Positions 12,472 through 22,893 of a stretch of 64,000 bases of DNA are shown piece after piece. The position numbers were made by a program, and so were the translations under genes. The notes under the pieces were generated by a model. The model ran no database searches. It was not told the origin of the DNA and saw nothing but the letters and a program-made list of their open reading frames with translations. Origin of the DNA: Escherichia phage HMD-9; the sequence record PV287714.1; one strand, given 5' to 3'. The first letter of the stretch is position 1. Every line of letters begins with the position of its first letter.

Positions 12472-13152
12472 TTATTTTAATGTTACGAAAGAAGAATTGC
12501 GTGTTTCACGAATTAAAACTGATCCGTCACGGTTAATGTAATAAATTAAGCTAAATAAAGTTTGGTGTGCTGACGCATGCTCAAAACTTGTTGGGTGAGA
12601 TTTCCAATCCGGAGTTTCAGCAATCCATTGATAAATCCACCAAGGAACAGTACAGAATCCTGGATTTTTTCCAATCAGCTGAAGATTCGGGCTAAAGTTT
12701 TCCGGAAGAGTAAATACAGACGGCTTTTCAGATTCAATAATCTCAGCTACAGCTTGCTCGAATTTTTCTTCAACAAAAGGAGTATCTTCAATCAAAACAT
12801 CGGTATTTTCGGGAATTTTATCCGTTTCGACTACTTCAATTTTAATGTCAGATTTAACCGGAGAATCAATCAGAAGTGCTGCCTCTGGATTGACTTCTTC
12901 ATCGTCATATTTTAATCCGTCTGCGGCATCAGCAGCATCAATTAAGTCTTTAATAGATAACCCATCAGTCTCTGGCATAGGTTCACTAGCGAGCTTCTGG
13001 AGGGCTTCTTCAATATCATTAACGATATTATCAAAAGATTTATTCTTTTTGACCTTTATACCAAACTGTTCAGCATATTCAGCTAATTTAGCTTTAGCTT
13101 CTTTATTATCATCAAGAGCCTTCAGCTCTGCAATATAATCTTTATCTATCAT
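12472..13152 (-). CDS. inh: inhibitor of prohead protease (Inh)
   Basis: 226-aa ORF; size and position (between hoc and uvsW) as T4 inh. Confidence 0.7.
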   Translation of the reverse strand: MIDKDYIAELKALDDNKEAKAKLAEYAEQFGIKVKKNKSFDNIVNDIEEALQKLASEPMPETDGLSIKDLIDAADAADGLKYDDEEVNPEAALLIDSPVKSDIKIEVVETDKIPENTDVLIEDTPFVEEKFEQAVAEIIESEKPSVFTLPENFSPNLQLIGKNPGFCTVPWWIYQWIAETPDWKSHPTSFEHASAHQTLFSLIYYINRDGSVLIRETRNSSFVTLK

Positions 13153-13165
13153 AATATTTCCTCAG

Positions 13166-13173
13166 TATAAATA
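13166..13173 (+). promoter_or_regulatory. late promoter TATAAATA upstream of seg endonuclease gene
   Basis: Exact TATAAATA 28 nt upstream of ATG 13202. Confidence 0.55.
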
Positions 13174-13201
13174 TAGATATATTTATTACTCGGAAAATAG
13201 T

Positions 13202-13819
13202 ATGTACCACTTTGTATATGAAACGACAAATCTAATAAATGGTAAAAAGTATATAGGAAAACACTCTACTGATGACTTGAATGATGGCTACCTTGGTTCC
13301 GGTAAAGCAATTCAGCAGGCTATAAAGAAATATGGTGAAAAGAATTTCTCTAGAACAATACTAAAAGAGTTTAAAACTTCCGAAGAAGCGTACATGTATG
13401 AAGAAGAAATTATAACTCCTGAACTAATAAAAAGCAAAAATTATTATAATATGAAACCTGGTGGAATTGGTGGAATTGTTATGACTGCAGAGGTTATAGC
13501 AAAGATGAAAGAATCTTCCGCTAAGAGATTTGAAAACTCACCGGGCACGGTATTAGGTACAACTTGTTACACCAATGGAACTAAAAATATTTTTATTAAA
13601 CCTGGAGAACTTGTTCCAGAAGGATTTGTAAAAGGGATGGTTCATCTTAATAGAAAGTCCAGAAAAGGATGTAAAGTCAAACCGACTACCACAGGAACTT
13701 TTTGGGTCAATAATGGAGCAATAAATAAATTAATACAACCAGACGGTATTATTCCCGACGGATTTATTAAAGGTCGTCTCATGAAAAGAGACTCTAAAGG
13801 CAAATTTAGTAAGGCATAA
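13202..13819 (+). mobile_element. segE: free-standing GIY-YIG homing endonuclease gene (seg family, probably segE by position)
   Basis: 205-aa ORF; N-terminal GIY-YIG module (KYIGKHS ... GYLGSG ... YN); inserted between inh and uvsW on the strand opposite its early neighbours. Confidence 0.75.
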
Positions 13820-13821
13820 TT

Positions 13822-15330
13822 ATGGATATTAAAGTACATTTTCACGACTTCAGTCATGTACGCATCGATTGTGAAGAGAGCACGTTCCACGAATTAAGAG
13901 ATTTCTTTTCGTTTGAGGCCGATGGATATAGGTTTAATCCTCGCTTCAGATATGGCAACTGGGATGGACGAATCCGTCTTTTAGATTATAATCGCCTTCT
14001 TCCATTCGGCTTAGTCGGGCAAATTAAAAAGTTCTGTGATAACTTTGGCTATAAAGCTTGGATTGACCCACAGATTAACGAAAAAGAAGAATTATCAAGA
14101 AAAGATTTTGATGAATGGCTTTCTAAATTAGAAATCTATTCAGGAAATAAAAGAATTGAACCGCATTGGTATCAAAAAGATGCAGTGTTCGAAGGATTAG
14201 TTAATCGTCGTAGAATTCTTAATCTTCCAACATCCGCAGGTAAATCCTTAATTCAAGCTTTGCTTGCTCGTTATTATTTGGAAAATTATGAAGGTAAAAT
14301 TCTTATCATTGTTCCAACAACTGCTCTGACAACTCAGATGGCTGATGACTTTGTTGACTATCGTTTATTCAGTCATGCAATGATAAAGAAAATTGGCGGT
14401 GGAGCATCAAAAGATGATAAATATAAAAATGATGCACCAGTCGTTGTTGGTACATGGCAAACTGTAGTAAAACAGCCAAAAGAATGGTTCTCACAGTTTG
14501 GAATGATGATGAATGATGAATGCCATCTTGCTACAGGAAAAAGTATTTCATCTATCATATCAGGTTTAAATAACTGCATGTTTAAATTTGGTTTGTCCGG
14601 TTCATTGCGTGATGGCAAAGCTAATATCATGCAGTATGTTGGAATGTTTGGTGAAATATTTAAGCCAGTAACGACTTCTAAATTAATGGAAGATGGACAA
14701 GTAACTGAGTTAAAAATTAATAGTATTTTTCTTCGCTATCCCGATGAGTTCACTACTAAATTAAAGGGAAAAACTTACCAAGAAGAAATAAAAATTATTA
14801 CTGGACTCAGTAAAAGAAATAAATGGATCGCTAAATTAGCTATTAAGCTTGCGCAAAAAGATGAAAACGCTTTTGTCATGTTTAAACACGTATCACACGG
14901 TAAAGCTATTTTCGATTTAATTAAAAATGAATACGATAAAGTTTATTACGTATCAGGGGAAGTTGATACCGAAACACGCAACGTAATGAAAACCTTAGCT
15001 GAAAACGGTAAAGGAATAATTATAGTAGCTAGTTATGGTGTATTTTCTACTGGTATTTCAGTTAAAAATCTGCATCACGTTGTTTTAGCACACGGTGTTA
15101 AATCTAAAATTATTGTATTGCAAACAATAGGTCGCGTATTACGTAAGCATGGTTCTAAAACAATCGCAACGGTCTGGGACCTCATAGATGATTGCGGTGT
15201 TAAGCCAAAATCTGCTAATACGAAAAAGAAATATGTTCATTTGAACTATCTTTTAAAACACGGCATTGATCGTATTCAGCGCTACGCAGATGAAAAATTT
15301 AATTACGTAATGAAAACAGTTAATTTATAA
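13822..15330 (+). CDS. uvsW: UvsW RNA-DNA/DNA-DNA helicase
   Basis: 502-aa ORF with Walker A (PTSAGKS) and DECH box (MMMNDECH); size/position as T4 UvsW. Confidence 0.9.
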   Translation: MDIKVHFHDFSHVRIDCEESTFHELRDFFSFEADGYRFNPRFRYGNWDGRIRLLDYNRLLPFGLVGQIKKFCDNFGYKAWIDPQINEKEELSRKDFDEWLSKLEIYSGNKRIEPHWYQKDAVFEGLVNRRRILNLPTSAGKSLIQALLARYYLENYEGKILIIVPTTALTTQMADDFVDYRLFSHAMIKKIGGGASKDDKYKNDAPVVVGTWQTVVKQPKEWFSQFGMMMNDECHLATGKSISSIISGLNNCMFKFGLSGSLRDGKANIMQYVGMFGEIFKPVTTSKLMEDGQVTELKINSIFLRYPDEFTTKLKGKTYQEEIKIITGLSKRNKWIAKLAIKLAQKDENAFVMFKHVSHGKAIFDLIKNEYDKVYYVSGEVDTETRNVMKTLAENGKGIIIVASYGVFSTGISVKNLHHVVLAHGVKSKIIVLQTIGRVLRKHGSKTIATVWDLIDDCGVKPKSANTKKKYVHLNYLLKHGIDRIQRYADEKFNYVMKTVNL

Positions 15331-15350
15331 GGGCTTCGGCCCTTTGGAGA
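15331..15350 (+). terminator. hairpin after uvsW
   Basis: GGGC-TTCG-GCCC hairpin then TTTGG. Confidence 0.45.
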
Positions 15351-15355
15351 AAAAG

Positions 15356-15586
15356 ATGTTACTAGAATTTAAACAATTTCTTTATGAAGCTTCTATTGAT
15401 GAATTTATGGGTAAAATTGCCTCTTGCCAAACATTAGAAGGTCTAGAAGAACTCGAAGCTTATTATAAGAAAAGAGTTAAAGAAACTGAATTAAAAGATA
15501 CTGATGACATCTCTGTGAGAGATGCTTTGGCAGGAAAAAGAGCTGAATTAGAAGATTCAGACGATGAAGTAGAAGAAAGCTTTTAA
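15356..15586 (+). CDS. small acidic protein (uvsW.1-like)
   Basis: ORF-track start is TTG; ATG at 15356 has GGAG RBS; 76 aa. Confidence 0.55.
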   Translation: MLLEFKQFLYEASIDEFMGKIASCQTLEGLEELEAYYKKRVKETELKDTDDISVRDALAGKRAELEDSDDEVEESF

Positions 15587-15643
15587 ATTAAAAAAGGCCC
15601 AACCAAAAAAAGGAAGGGCCAAAACTATAGACTAAAGGTCACA

Positions 15644-15811
15644 CTATAGCAAAAGTTGTGTTTCATTTAATTGTTCTTCCGAACTTTCTGAAACTGGTAG
15701 TTCTTTAATGTAATTATAGCAAGGCCCAGGATGTACAGGACCTTTGTCTGTTTCAACAACCAATGCAGAATCGATTGGAGTTTTACAGACAACACAAATC
15801 TTATCTGACAT
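15644..15811 (-). CDS. 55-aa Cys-containing small protein (uvsY.-2 position)
   Basis: Translated by hand from minus strand: MSDKICVVCKTPIDSALVVETDKGPVHPGPCYNYIKELPVSESSEEQLNETQLLL; below the 60-aa cutoff of the ORF track. Confidence 0.5.
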   Translation of the reverse strand: MSDKICVVCKTPIDSALVVETDKGPVHPGPCYNYIKELPVSESSEEQLNETQLLL

Positions 15812-15836
15812 GATTGTCTCCTCTAAATTATATATC

Positions 15837-15844
15837 TATTTATA
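15837..15844 (-). promoter_or_regulatory. late promoter TATAAATA (minus strand) upstream of the 55-aa ORF
   Basis: Plus-strand tatttata = minus-strand TATAAATA, 26 nt upstream of ATG 15811. Confidence 0.5.
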
Positions 15845-16064
15845 TAACTCTCATATGCATATCAATGCCCATATCTTTAGAATAAAAATATTCATCAAGA
15901 TATCCGGCAAATTTTCCTTTAATATAAAGTACATCTTCACCACATGGGTGGTCGGCCAGGATACGAATATCCTGGCGCTTGAGATTATACTTTTTCATTA
16001 AGAATTGAATTTCCGTTTCGAATTCTTCTTCATAATTAAAAGCATCATCAATGCTATATTTCAT
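15840..16064 (-). CDS. hypothetical small protein (uvsY.-1 position)
   Basis: 74-aa ORF; start overlaps uvsY stop. Confidence 0.6.
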   Translation of the reverse strand: MKYSIDDAFNYEEEFETEIQFLMKKYNLKRQDIRILADHPCGEDVLYIKGKFAGYLDEYFYSKDMGIDMHMRVI

Positions 16065-16477
16065 TATTTTCCAGCCTCAAATGCTCGCATGTCTTGAATA
16101 TGCTTAATAGCAAATCCACGTGATTTAATAGCATCAAGAGCTCCACTACAGAAATCCAATAAAATTCCCCAATATTGTAATGAAGTATCAACTTTTAAAA
16201 CATCCTTATCAGCTGATAGAACTGTCTTCATTTCTGATTTCTCATAACGATCCATACTAAATTCATCACCATCTCCTCGTCCCGAGTAGTAGTCTAATTT
16301 AGCTTTAAGAGCAACTTTTTTCTGTGCTTCAATTCTAAGCATTTCCTTTTTAATACTTGAATGCTTATTAAGCCATTTACTATATAACATCACATTATTA
16401 GCTGCTTCATACTGTAATTTAGTCGAATCTATAAACACATCTTTCTTCAATTCTTCTTGAAGATCTTCTAATTTCAT
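16064..16477 (-). CDS. uvsY: UvsY recombination mediator
   Basis: 137-aa ORF; size/position as T4 UvsY. Confidence 0.9.
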   Translation of the reverse strand: MKLEDLQEELKKDVFIDSTKLQYEAANNVMLYSKWLNKHSSIKKEMLRIEAQKKVALKAKLDYYSGRGDGDEFSMDRYEKSEMKTVLSADKDVLKVDTSLQYWGILLDFCSGALDAIKSRGFAIKHIQDMRAFEAGK

Positions 16478-16543
16478 ATTGTTCTCTATTCAATTGTTAT
16501 TGGATGGACTTAGATTCATTATACCACGTTTATACGTGAAGCA

Positions 16544-16942
16544 TTATACTCTGTTACTGGAAGCCAGTTGTAGTTTTATCTGTTCAATATCATCAGGGTT
16601 ATCGATGACCGAAAAGCGTATTTCTACTATCAGAGTATAATCATCATAAACCGGTATTACATTAACTGCTAATTTATCAATACGTGGCTCGTAGTTTCTT
16701 ACTGCGCTTTCAATGTTACGCTCAACAGTATCAGCAGTAAGAGGAGTCATATTCTCAAAAAGCTGGTCAGATAAATCGCATCCAAATTCTGGGTCAAATG
16801 GTCTCGACCCTTTTCTGGTTGTAATAATTCCTAAAAGACTATTTTTAATTGACCTTAATCCAAGGGATCTAGAAACATCTTTGTCCCAATCCATTTTCAT
16901 TTCTGGGTCAATGTCAGAATAAAGCTTATTAATATTTGCCAT
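16544..16942 (-). CDS. 25: baseplate wedge protein gp25
   Basis: 132-aa ORF; size/position as T4 gp25. Confidence 0.9.
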   Translation of the reverse strand: MANINKLYSDIDPEMKMDWDKDVSRSLGLRSIKNSLLGIITTRKGSRPFDPEFGCDLSDQLFENMTPLTADTVERNIESAVRNYEPRIDKLAVNVIPVYDDYTLIVEIRFSVIDNPDDIEQIKLQLASSNRV

Positions 16943-17568
16943 TACAATAGCTCAAAGAATTCTTTGAGTCCTCTTATTACATGAGCGTGAGATTTTCCAC
17001 ACTCTGGACATTTAATTGGAACAGCCAAATAAACAGTAGGCTTTAAAAGCATATCTTTTATAGCTACAATATCTGACTCTGTGATGATAGAATATAAATC
17101 TTCCAACTCTTTTTCATTCAAGTCTTCAATTGGAATGCTTTCACCGTTAGCATGAATTGTTTCTATACATGATACTATCATGTGGGCTATATTTTTATCA
17201 TCAAAAATTTTAGGGTAATGGAACTTAATTTTAATGTCGCCCAGTGTATACCAGAGGTCTTCTGGTGCATCTATTTGTGTATGTAATAGATTTATATGGG
17301 TTGGTATTTCAGTTCCACAAGTGCACTTCCAGGAGTTTTCGTGATTAACTTCTCCAAGAGAATGCGCCCATAAATGAATCAACAGTAGTTCTGATTCTTG
17401 GCGGTTTAAATCTTTTGCATTTGTGCATTCTTTGATTAGCTTTTTAACGTTCTCTTCTACTGAACCGTTCTTTTTAGCAGTAATAAGTTCTAGATATTCT
17501 TTAAGAGTAAATGCGCGACAGTTGATTATTTTAGAACCAACTCTCACATCAAATTTGTATTCATACAT
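16942..17568 (-). CDS. 26: baseplate hub protein gp26
   Basis: 208-aa ORF; size/position as T4 gp26. Confidence 0.85.
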   Translation of the reverse strand: MYEYKFDVRVGSKIINCRAFTLKEYLELITAKKNGSVEENVKKLIKECTNAKDLNRQESELLLIHLWAHSLGEVNHENSWKCTCGTEIPTHINLLHTQIDAPEDLWYTLGDIKIKFHYPKIFDDKNIAHMIVSCIETIHANGESIPIEDLNEKELEDLYSIITESDIVAIKDMLLKPTVYLAVPIKCPECGKSHAHVIRGLKEFFELL

Positions 17569-17589
17569 ATTTAGCTCCTTTATTTATCA

Positions 17590-17601
17590 TATTTATAAAT
17601 A
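17590..17601. promoter_or_regulatory. overlapping divergent late promoters (TATAAATA on both strands) for genes 26 and 51
   Basis: Plus-strand tatttataaata contains TATAAATA at 17594-17601 (+) and its complement at 17590-17597 (-). Confidence 0.65.
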
Positions 17602-17618
17602 GAATAAAAGGAGCATCT

Positions 17619-18368
17619 ATGGCAAACATTATTCGTTGTAAATTACCAGATGGTGTTCATCGTTTTAAACCATTTACGGTAGAAGATTATCGAGATTTTT
17701 TGTTAGTTCGAAACGATATAGAACATCGGTCACCACAAGAACAAAAAGAAATAATTGCTGATTTAATTGCTGATTATTTTGGAGACTATCCGAAGACTTG
17801 GCAACCATTTATATTTTTGCAGGTATTTGTAGGGTCGATAGGTAAAACTAAAGTACCGGTCACATTTGTATGTCCAAAATGTAAAAAAGAAAAGACAGTT
17901 CCATTTGAAATATATCAAAAAGAATTAAAGGAACCTGTTTTTGATGTAGCTAATGTTAAAATTAAATTAAAGTTTCCTTCTGAGTTTTATGAAAATAAAG
18001 CAAAGATGATTACTGAAAATATTCATTCTGTTCAAGTAGATGAAACTTGGTATGATTGGAAGGAAATTAGCGAATCAAGTCAAATAGAACTCGTTGACGC
18101 CATCGAGATAGAAACATTAGAAAAAATTCTCGATGCAATGAATCCTATTAATTTAACTCTACATATGTCATGCTGTAATAAGTACATTAAAAAATACACT
18201 GATATAGTAGACGTGTTTAAGCTATTAGTTAACCCAGATGAGATATTTACTTTTTATCAAATTAATCACACACTTGTAAAAAGTAATTATAGCTTAAATT
18301 CAATAATGAAAATGATTCCTGCCGAGCGCGGATTCGTATTAAAACTGATTGAGAAGGATAAACAATAA
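17619..18368 (+). CDS. 51: baseplate hub assembly protein gp51
   Basis: 249-aa ORF; size/position as T4 gp51. Confidence 0.85.
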   Translation: MANIIRCKLPDGVHRFKPFTVEDYRDFLLVRNDIEHRSPQEQKEIIADLIADYFGDYPKTWQPFIFLQVFVGSIGKTKVPVTFVCPKCKKEKTVPFEIYQKELKEPVFDVANVKIKLKFPSEFYENKAKMITENIHSVQVDETWYDWKEISESSQIELVDAIEIETLEKILDAMNPINLTLHMSCCNKYIKKYTDIVDVFKLLVNPDEIFTFYQINHTLVKSNYSLNSIMKMIPAERGFVLKLIEKDKQ

Positions 18369-19543
18369 TGAGTATGTTGCAACGCCCCGGATATCCAAAT
18401 CTCAGCGTTAAATTATTTGATAGCTACGACGCTTGGAGTAATAATAGATTTGTTGAATTAGCTGCTACTATTACCACATTAACTATGCGGGATTCTCTTT
18501 ATGGACGAAATGAAGGAATGCTGCAGTTTTATGATTCTAAAAACATCCATACAAAAATGGATGGAAATGAAATAATTCAGATTTCTGTAGCTAATGCAAA
18601 TGATATTAATAATGTTAAAACACGAATTTATGGATGTAAGCATTTTTCCGTGTCAGTAGATTCAAAAGGTGATAACATCATTGCTATTGAATTGGGAACT
18701 ATTCATTCTATAGAAAATCTTAAATTTGGTAGACCATTTTTCCCTGATGCAGGTGAATCTATAAAAGAAATGCTTGGCGTCATTTATCAAGATCGCACAT
18801 TATTAACTCCAGCAATAAATGCTATAAATGCTTATGTTCCTGATATTCCGTGGACTAGTACATTTGAAAACTATTTGTCATATGTCAGAGAAGTTGCTCT
18901 AGCTGTAGGAAGTGACAAATTTGTATTTGTGTGGCAAGACATCATGGGAGTTAACATGATGGACTATGATATGATGATAAATCAAGAACCATATCCAATG
19001 ATTGTCGGTGAGCCATCTTTAATAGGTCAATTCATCCAAGAATTAAAATATCCATTAGCATATGATTTCGTTTGGTTGACTAAATCGAATCCTCACAAAC
19101 GTGACCCAATGAAAAACGCTACTATCTATGCGCATTCATTTTTAGATTCTTCATTGCCAATGATTACTACAGGAAAGGGCGAAAACTCTATTGTAGTGTC
19201 AAGATCAGGTGCTTATTCTGAAATGACTTATAGGAATGGGTATGAAGAAGCTATTCGTCTTCAAACTATGGCACAATACGATGGCTATGCTAAATGTTCT
19301 ACTGTCGGTAATTTTAACTTGACACCTGGCGTTAAAATTATTTTTAACGATAGTAAAAACCAATTTAAAACAGAATTTTACGTTGATGAAGTCATCCATG
19401 AATTATCAAATAATAATTCAGTAACTCATCTATATATGTTCACTAATGCAACGAAACTGGAAACAATAGACCCAGTTAAGGTTAAAAATGAATTTAAATC
19501 TGATACTACCACTGAAGAAAGTAGTTCTTCCAATAAGCAATAA
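18368..19543 (+). CDS. 27: baseplate hub protein gp27
   Basis: 391-aa ORF; size/position as T4 gp27. Confidence 0.9.
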   Translation: MSMLQRPGYPNLSVKLFDSYDAWSNNRFVELAATITTLTMRDSLYGRNEGMLQFYDSKNIHTKMDGNEIIQISVANANDINNVKTRIYGCKHFSVSVDSKGDNIIAIELGTIHSIENLKFGRPFFPDAGESIKEMLGVIYQDRTLLTPAINAINAYVPDIPWTSTFENYLSYVREVALAVGSDKFVFVWQDIMGVNMMDYDMMINQEPYPMIVGEPSLIGQFIQELKYPLAYDFVWLTKSNPHKRDPMKNATIYAHSFLDSSLPMITTGKGENSIVVSRSGAYSEMTYRNGYEEAIRLQTMAQYDGYAKCSTVGNFNLTPGVKIIFNDSKNQFKTEFYVDEVIHELSNNNSVTHLYMFTNATKLETIDPVKVKNEFKSDTTTEESSSSNKQ

Positions 19544-20021
19544 AGAAGTTTCTATTCCTAAAATGGGTCTTAAACATTATAACATTTTAAAAGATGTTAA
19601 AGGTCCTGATGAAAATTTAAAACTTCTTATTGATTCTATTTGTCCGAATTTATCACCAGCAGAAGTTGATTTCGTTTCCATTCATTTATTGGAATTTAAT
19701 GGAAAGATTAAATCTCGTAAAGAAATAGATGGTTATACTTATGACATTAATGATGTTTATGTATGCCAAAGATTAGAATTTCAATACCAAGGAAATACAT
19801 TTTATTTTAGACCGCCTGGAAAATTTGAACAATTTTTAACTGTGAGCGATATGTTATCCAAATGCTTGCTTAAGGTCAATGATGAAGTTAAAGAAATTAA
19901 TTTTCTTGAGATGCCAGCATTCGTTTTAAAATGGGCAAATGATATTTTTACAACTTTAGCAATTCCTGGCCCTAATGGTCCAATAACCGGAATTGGCAAT
20001 ATTATTGGATTATTTGAATGA
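19488..20021 (+). CDS. 28: baseplate hub distal protein gp28
   Basis: 177-aa ORF overlapping 3' end of gene 27 in another frame; size as T4 gp28. Confidence 0.85.
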   Translation: MNLNLILPLKKVVLPISNKEVSIPKMGLKHYNILKDVKGPDENLKLLIDSICPNLSPAEVDFVSIHLLEFNGKIKSRKEIDGYTYDINDVYVCQRLEFQYQGNTFYFRPPGKFEQFLTVSDMLSKCLLKVNDEVKEINFLEMPAFVLKWANDIFTTLAIPGPNGPITGIGNIIGLFE

Positions 20022-21790
20022 AAAAGCCACAAGAAATGCAAACGATGCGTAGAAAAGTTATTTCAGATAATAAACCAACACAGGAAGCGGCTAAATCCGC
20101 TTCTAACACTTTATCTGGACTTAACGATATATCTACGAAATTGGATGATGCTCAAGCTGCTTCTGAGTTAATTGCTCAAACTGTCGAAGAAAAATCGAAT
20201 GAAATAATTGGAGCAATTGACAACGTAGAAAGCGCAGTGAGTGATACTACTGCTGGTTCTGAGTTAATTGCTGAAACCGTTGAAATTGGCAATAATATTA
20301 ATAAAGAAATCGGTGAATCACTCGGGAGCAAATTAGATAAATTAACAAGTTTACTAGAGCAAAAAATTCAGACAGCTGGAATTCAACAAACAGGAACTAG
20401 TTTAGCCACGGTTGAAAGCGCTATTCCTGTTAAAGTTGTTGAGGACGATACAGCTGAATCTGTGGGTCCTTTATTACCGGCTCCTGAAGCAGTTAATAAT
20501 GATCCTGATGCTGATTTTTTCCCTACCCCTCAGCCAGTCGAACCTAAACAAGAATCGCCAGAAGAAAAACAGAAAAAAGACGCATTTAACTTAAAATTAT
20601 CTCAAGCTTTAGATAAATTAACAAAGACTGTTGATTTCGGATTTAAGAAATCTATTTCAATTACTGATAAAATATCAAGCATGCTATTTAAGTATACCGT
20701 CAGTGCTGCTATTGAAGCTGCTAAAATGACTGCAATGATATTGGCTGTTGTTGTTGGAATAGATCTACTGATGGTTCACTTTAAATATTGGTCAGATAAA
20801 TTTTCGCAGGCTTGGGATTTGTTTAGTTCAAACTTTACTAAATTCTCTAGCGAAACCGGAACATGGGGTCCTTTATTACAGAGCATCTTTAGTTCTATTG
20901 ATGAAATTAAAAAATTCTGGGAAGAGGGAGATTGGGGTGGTTTGACAACAGCTATCATAGAAGGACTTGGAAGTGTTCTTTTTAATTTAGGAGAGCTTAT
21001 TCAATTAGGTATGGCTAAATTATCTGCAGCAATTCTTCGAGTCATTCCTGGTATGAAGGATACTGCTGATGAAGTAGAAGGAAGAGCATTGGAAAATTTC
21101 CAAAATTCTACTGGAGCATCTCTCAATAAAGAAGACCAAGAAAAAGTTGCAAATTATCAAGATAAACGAATGAACGGAGACCTTGGTCCGATAGCAAAAG
21201 GATTAGATAAAATTGCTAATTGGAAAACTCGTGCATCTAATTGGATTCGCGGTGTTGATAATAAAGAAGCACTAACTACCGACGAAGAACGTGCAGCAGA
21301 AGAAGAAAAATTAAAGCAGCTTTCACCTGAAGAAAGAAAAAATGCTTTAATGAAGGCTAATGAAGCACGTGCCGCGATGATTCGTTTTGAAAAATATGCT
21401 GATTCAGCTGATATGAGTAAAGACTCAACGGTTAAATCTGTTGAATCTGCCTATGAAGACCTTAAAAAACGGATGGATGACCCGGATTTAAACAATTCAC
21501 CGGCAGTTAAAAAAGAACTTGCTGCTAGATTTTCTAAAATTGATGCTACTTATCAAGAGCTCAAGAAAAATCAGCCTAATGCCAAACCTGAAACTTCTGC
21601 TAAATCGCCAGAAGCGAAACAGGTCCAGGTTATTGAAAAGAACAAAGCACAGCAAGCTCCTGTTCAGCAAGCATCTCCTTCAATCAATAATACTAATAAT
21701 GTTGTTAAGAAAAATACTGTCGTTCATAATATGACACCTGTAACAAGCACAACTGCTCCTGGTGTATTTGATGCGACTGGAGTTAATTAA
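20018..21790 (+). CDS. 29: tail tube length determinant (tape measure) gp29
   Basis: 590-aa ORF; size/position as T4 gp29. Confidence 0.9.
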   Translation: MKKPQEMQTMRRKVISDNKPTQEAAKSASNTLSGLNDISTKLDDAQAASELIAQTVEEKSNEIIGAIDNVESAVSDTTAGSELIAETVEIGNNINKEIGESLGSKLDKLTSLLEQKIQTAGIQQTGTSLATVESAIPVKVVEDDTAESVGPLLPAPEAVNNDPDADFFPTPQPVEPKQESPEEKQKKDAFNLKLSQALDKLTKTVDFGFKKSISITDKISSMLFKYTVSAAIEAAKMTAMILAVVVGIDLLMVHFKYWSDKFSQAWDLFSSNFTKFSSETGTWGPLLQSIFSSIDEIKKFWEEGDWGGLTTAIIEGLGSVLFNLGELIQLGMAKLSAAILRVIPGMKDTADEVEGRALENFQNSTGASLNKEDQEKVANYQDKRMNGDLGPIAKGLDKIANWKTRASNWIRGVDNKEALTTDEERAAEEEKLKQLSPEERKNALMKANEARAAMIRFEKYADSADMSKDSTVKSVESAYEDLKKRMDDPDLNNSPAVKKELAARFSKIDATYQELKKNQPNAKPETSAKSPEAKQVQVIEKNKAQQAPVQQASPSINNTNNVVKKNTVVHNMTPVTSTTAPGVFDATGVN

Positions 21791-21798
21791 GGAATAAT

Positions 21799-22893
21799 AT
21801 GGCAATTGTTAAAGAAATAACTACTGATTTAATTAAAAAGTCCGGTGAGAAAATTTCAGCCGGACAGAGCACTAAATCAGAAGTAGTAACTAAAACATAC
21901 ACTGCCCAGTTTCCAACTGGGCGTGCTAGTGGTAATGACACTACAGGGGACTTCCAGGTAACAGATCTATATAAGAATGGATTATTATTTACTGCATACA
22001 ATATGTCATCTAGGGATTCTGGAAGTCTTAGATCGATGAGATCTAACTACTCTTCTTCATCTTCGAGTATTTTAAGTACAGCTAGAAACACTATTAGTAG
22101 TACAGTATCAAAACTATCAAATGGATTAATATCAAATAATAATTCAGGAACAATAAGTAAAGCTCCTGTGGCAAATATTCTTTTGCCGAGATCTAAATCT
22201 GACGTTGATACATCATCACATAGATTTAATGATGTTCAAGAAAGTCTTATCAGCAGAGGCGGAGGTACTGCTACTGGTGTGCTAAGTAATATTGCTTCAA
22301 CTGCAGTGTTTGGGGCACTGGAAAGTATAACGCAAGGTATAATGGCTGATAATAATGAACAGATTTATACAACAGCCAGAAGTATGTATGGTGGTGCTGA
22401 GAATAGAACTAAAGTGTTTACATGGGATTTGACTCCACGTTCAACAGAAGATTTAATGGCTATTATTAATATCTATCAATATTTTAACTATTTTTCTTAT
22501 GGTGAAACGGGCAAATCTCAATATGCTGCTGAAATAAAGGGGTATTTAGATGATTGGTATCGTTCTACGTTAATTGAACCTTTATCTCCGGAAGACGCGG
22601 CTAAAAATAAAACACTATTTGAGAAAATGACAGCAAGTTTAACGAACGTTCTAGTAGTTTCAAACCCGACAGTTTGGATGGTGAAAAACTTTGGTGCAAC
22701 ATCTAAGTTTGATGGAAAAACGGAAATATTTGGCCCATGTCAAATACAGAGCATTAGATTTGATAAAACGCCTAACGGTAACTTTAATGGATTAGCTATT
22801 GCTCCAAACCTCTCTAGTACATTTACTCTTGAGATTACTATGAGAGAAATTATCACGTTAAACCGTGCTTCTTTATATGCGGGGACTTTTTAA
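21799..22893 (+). CDS. 48: baseplate-tail tube junction protein gp48
   Basis: 364-aa ORF; size/position as T4 gp48. Confidence 0.9.
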   Translation: MAIVKEITTDLIKKSGEKISAGQSTKSEVVTKTYTAQFPTGRASGNDTTGDFQVTDLYKNGLLFTAYNMSSRDSGSLRSMRSNYSSSSSSILSTARNTISSTVSKLSNGLISNNNSGTISKAPVANILLPRSKSDVDTSSHRFNDVQESLISRGGGTATGVLSNIASTAVFGALESITQGIMADNNEQIYTTARSMYGGAENRTKVFTWDLTPRSTEDLMAIINIYQYFNYFSYGETGKSQYAAEIKGYLDDWYRSTLIEPLSPEDAAKNKTLFEKMTASLTNVLVVSNPTVWMVKNFGATSKFDGKTEIFGPCQIQSIRFDKTPNGNFNGLAIAPNLSSTFTLEITMREIITLNRASLYAGTF

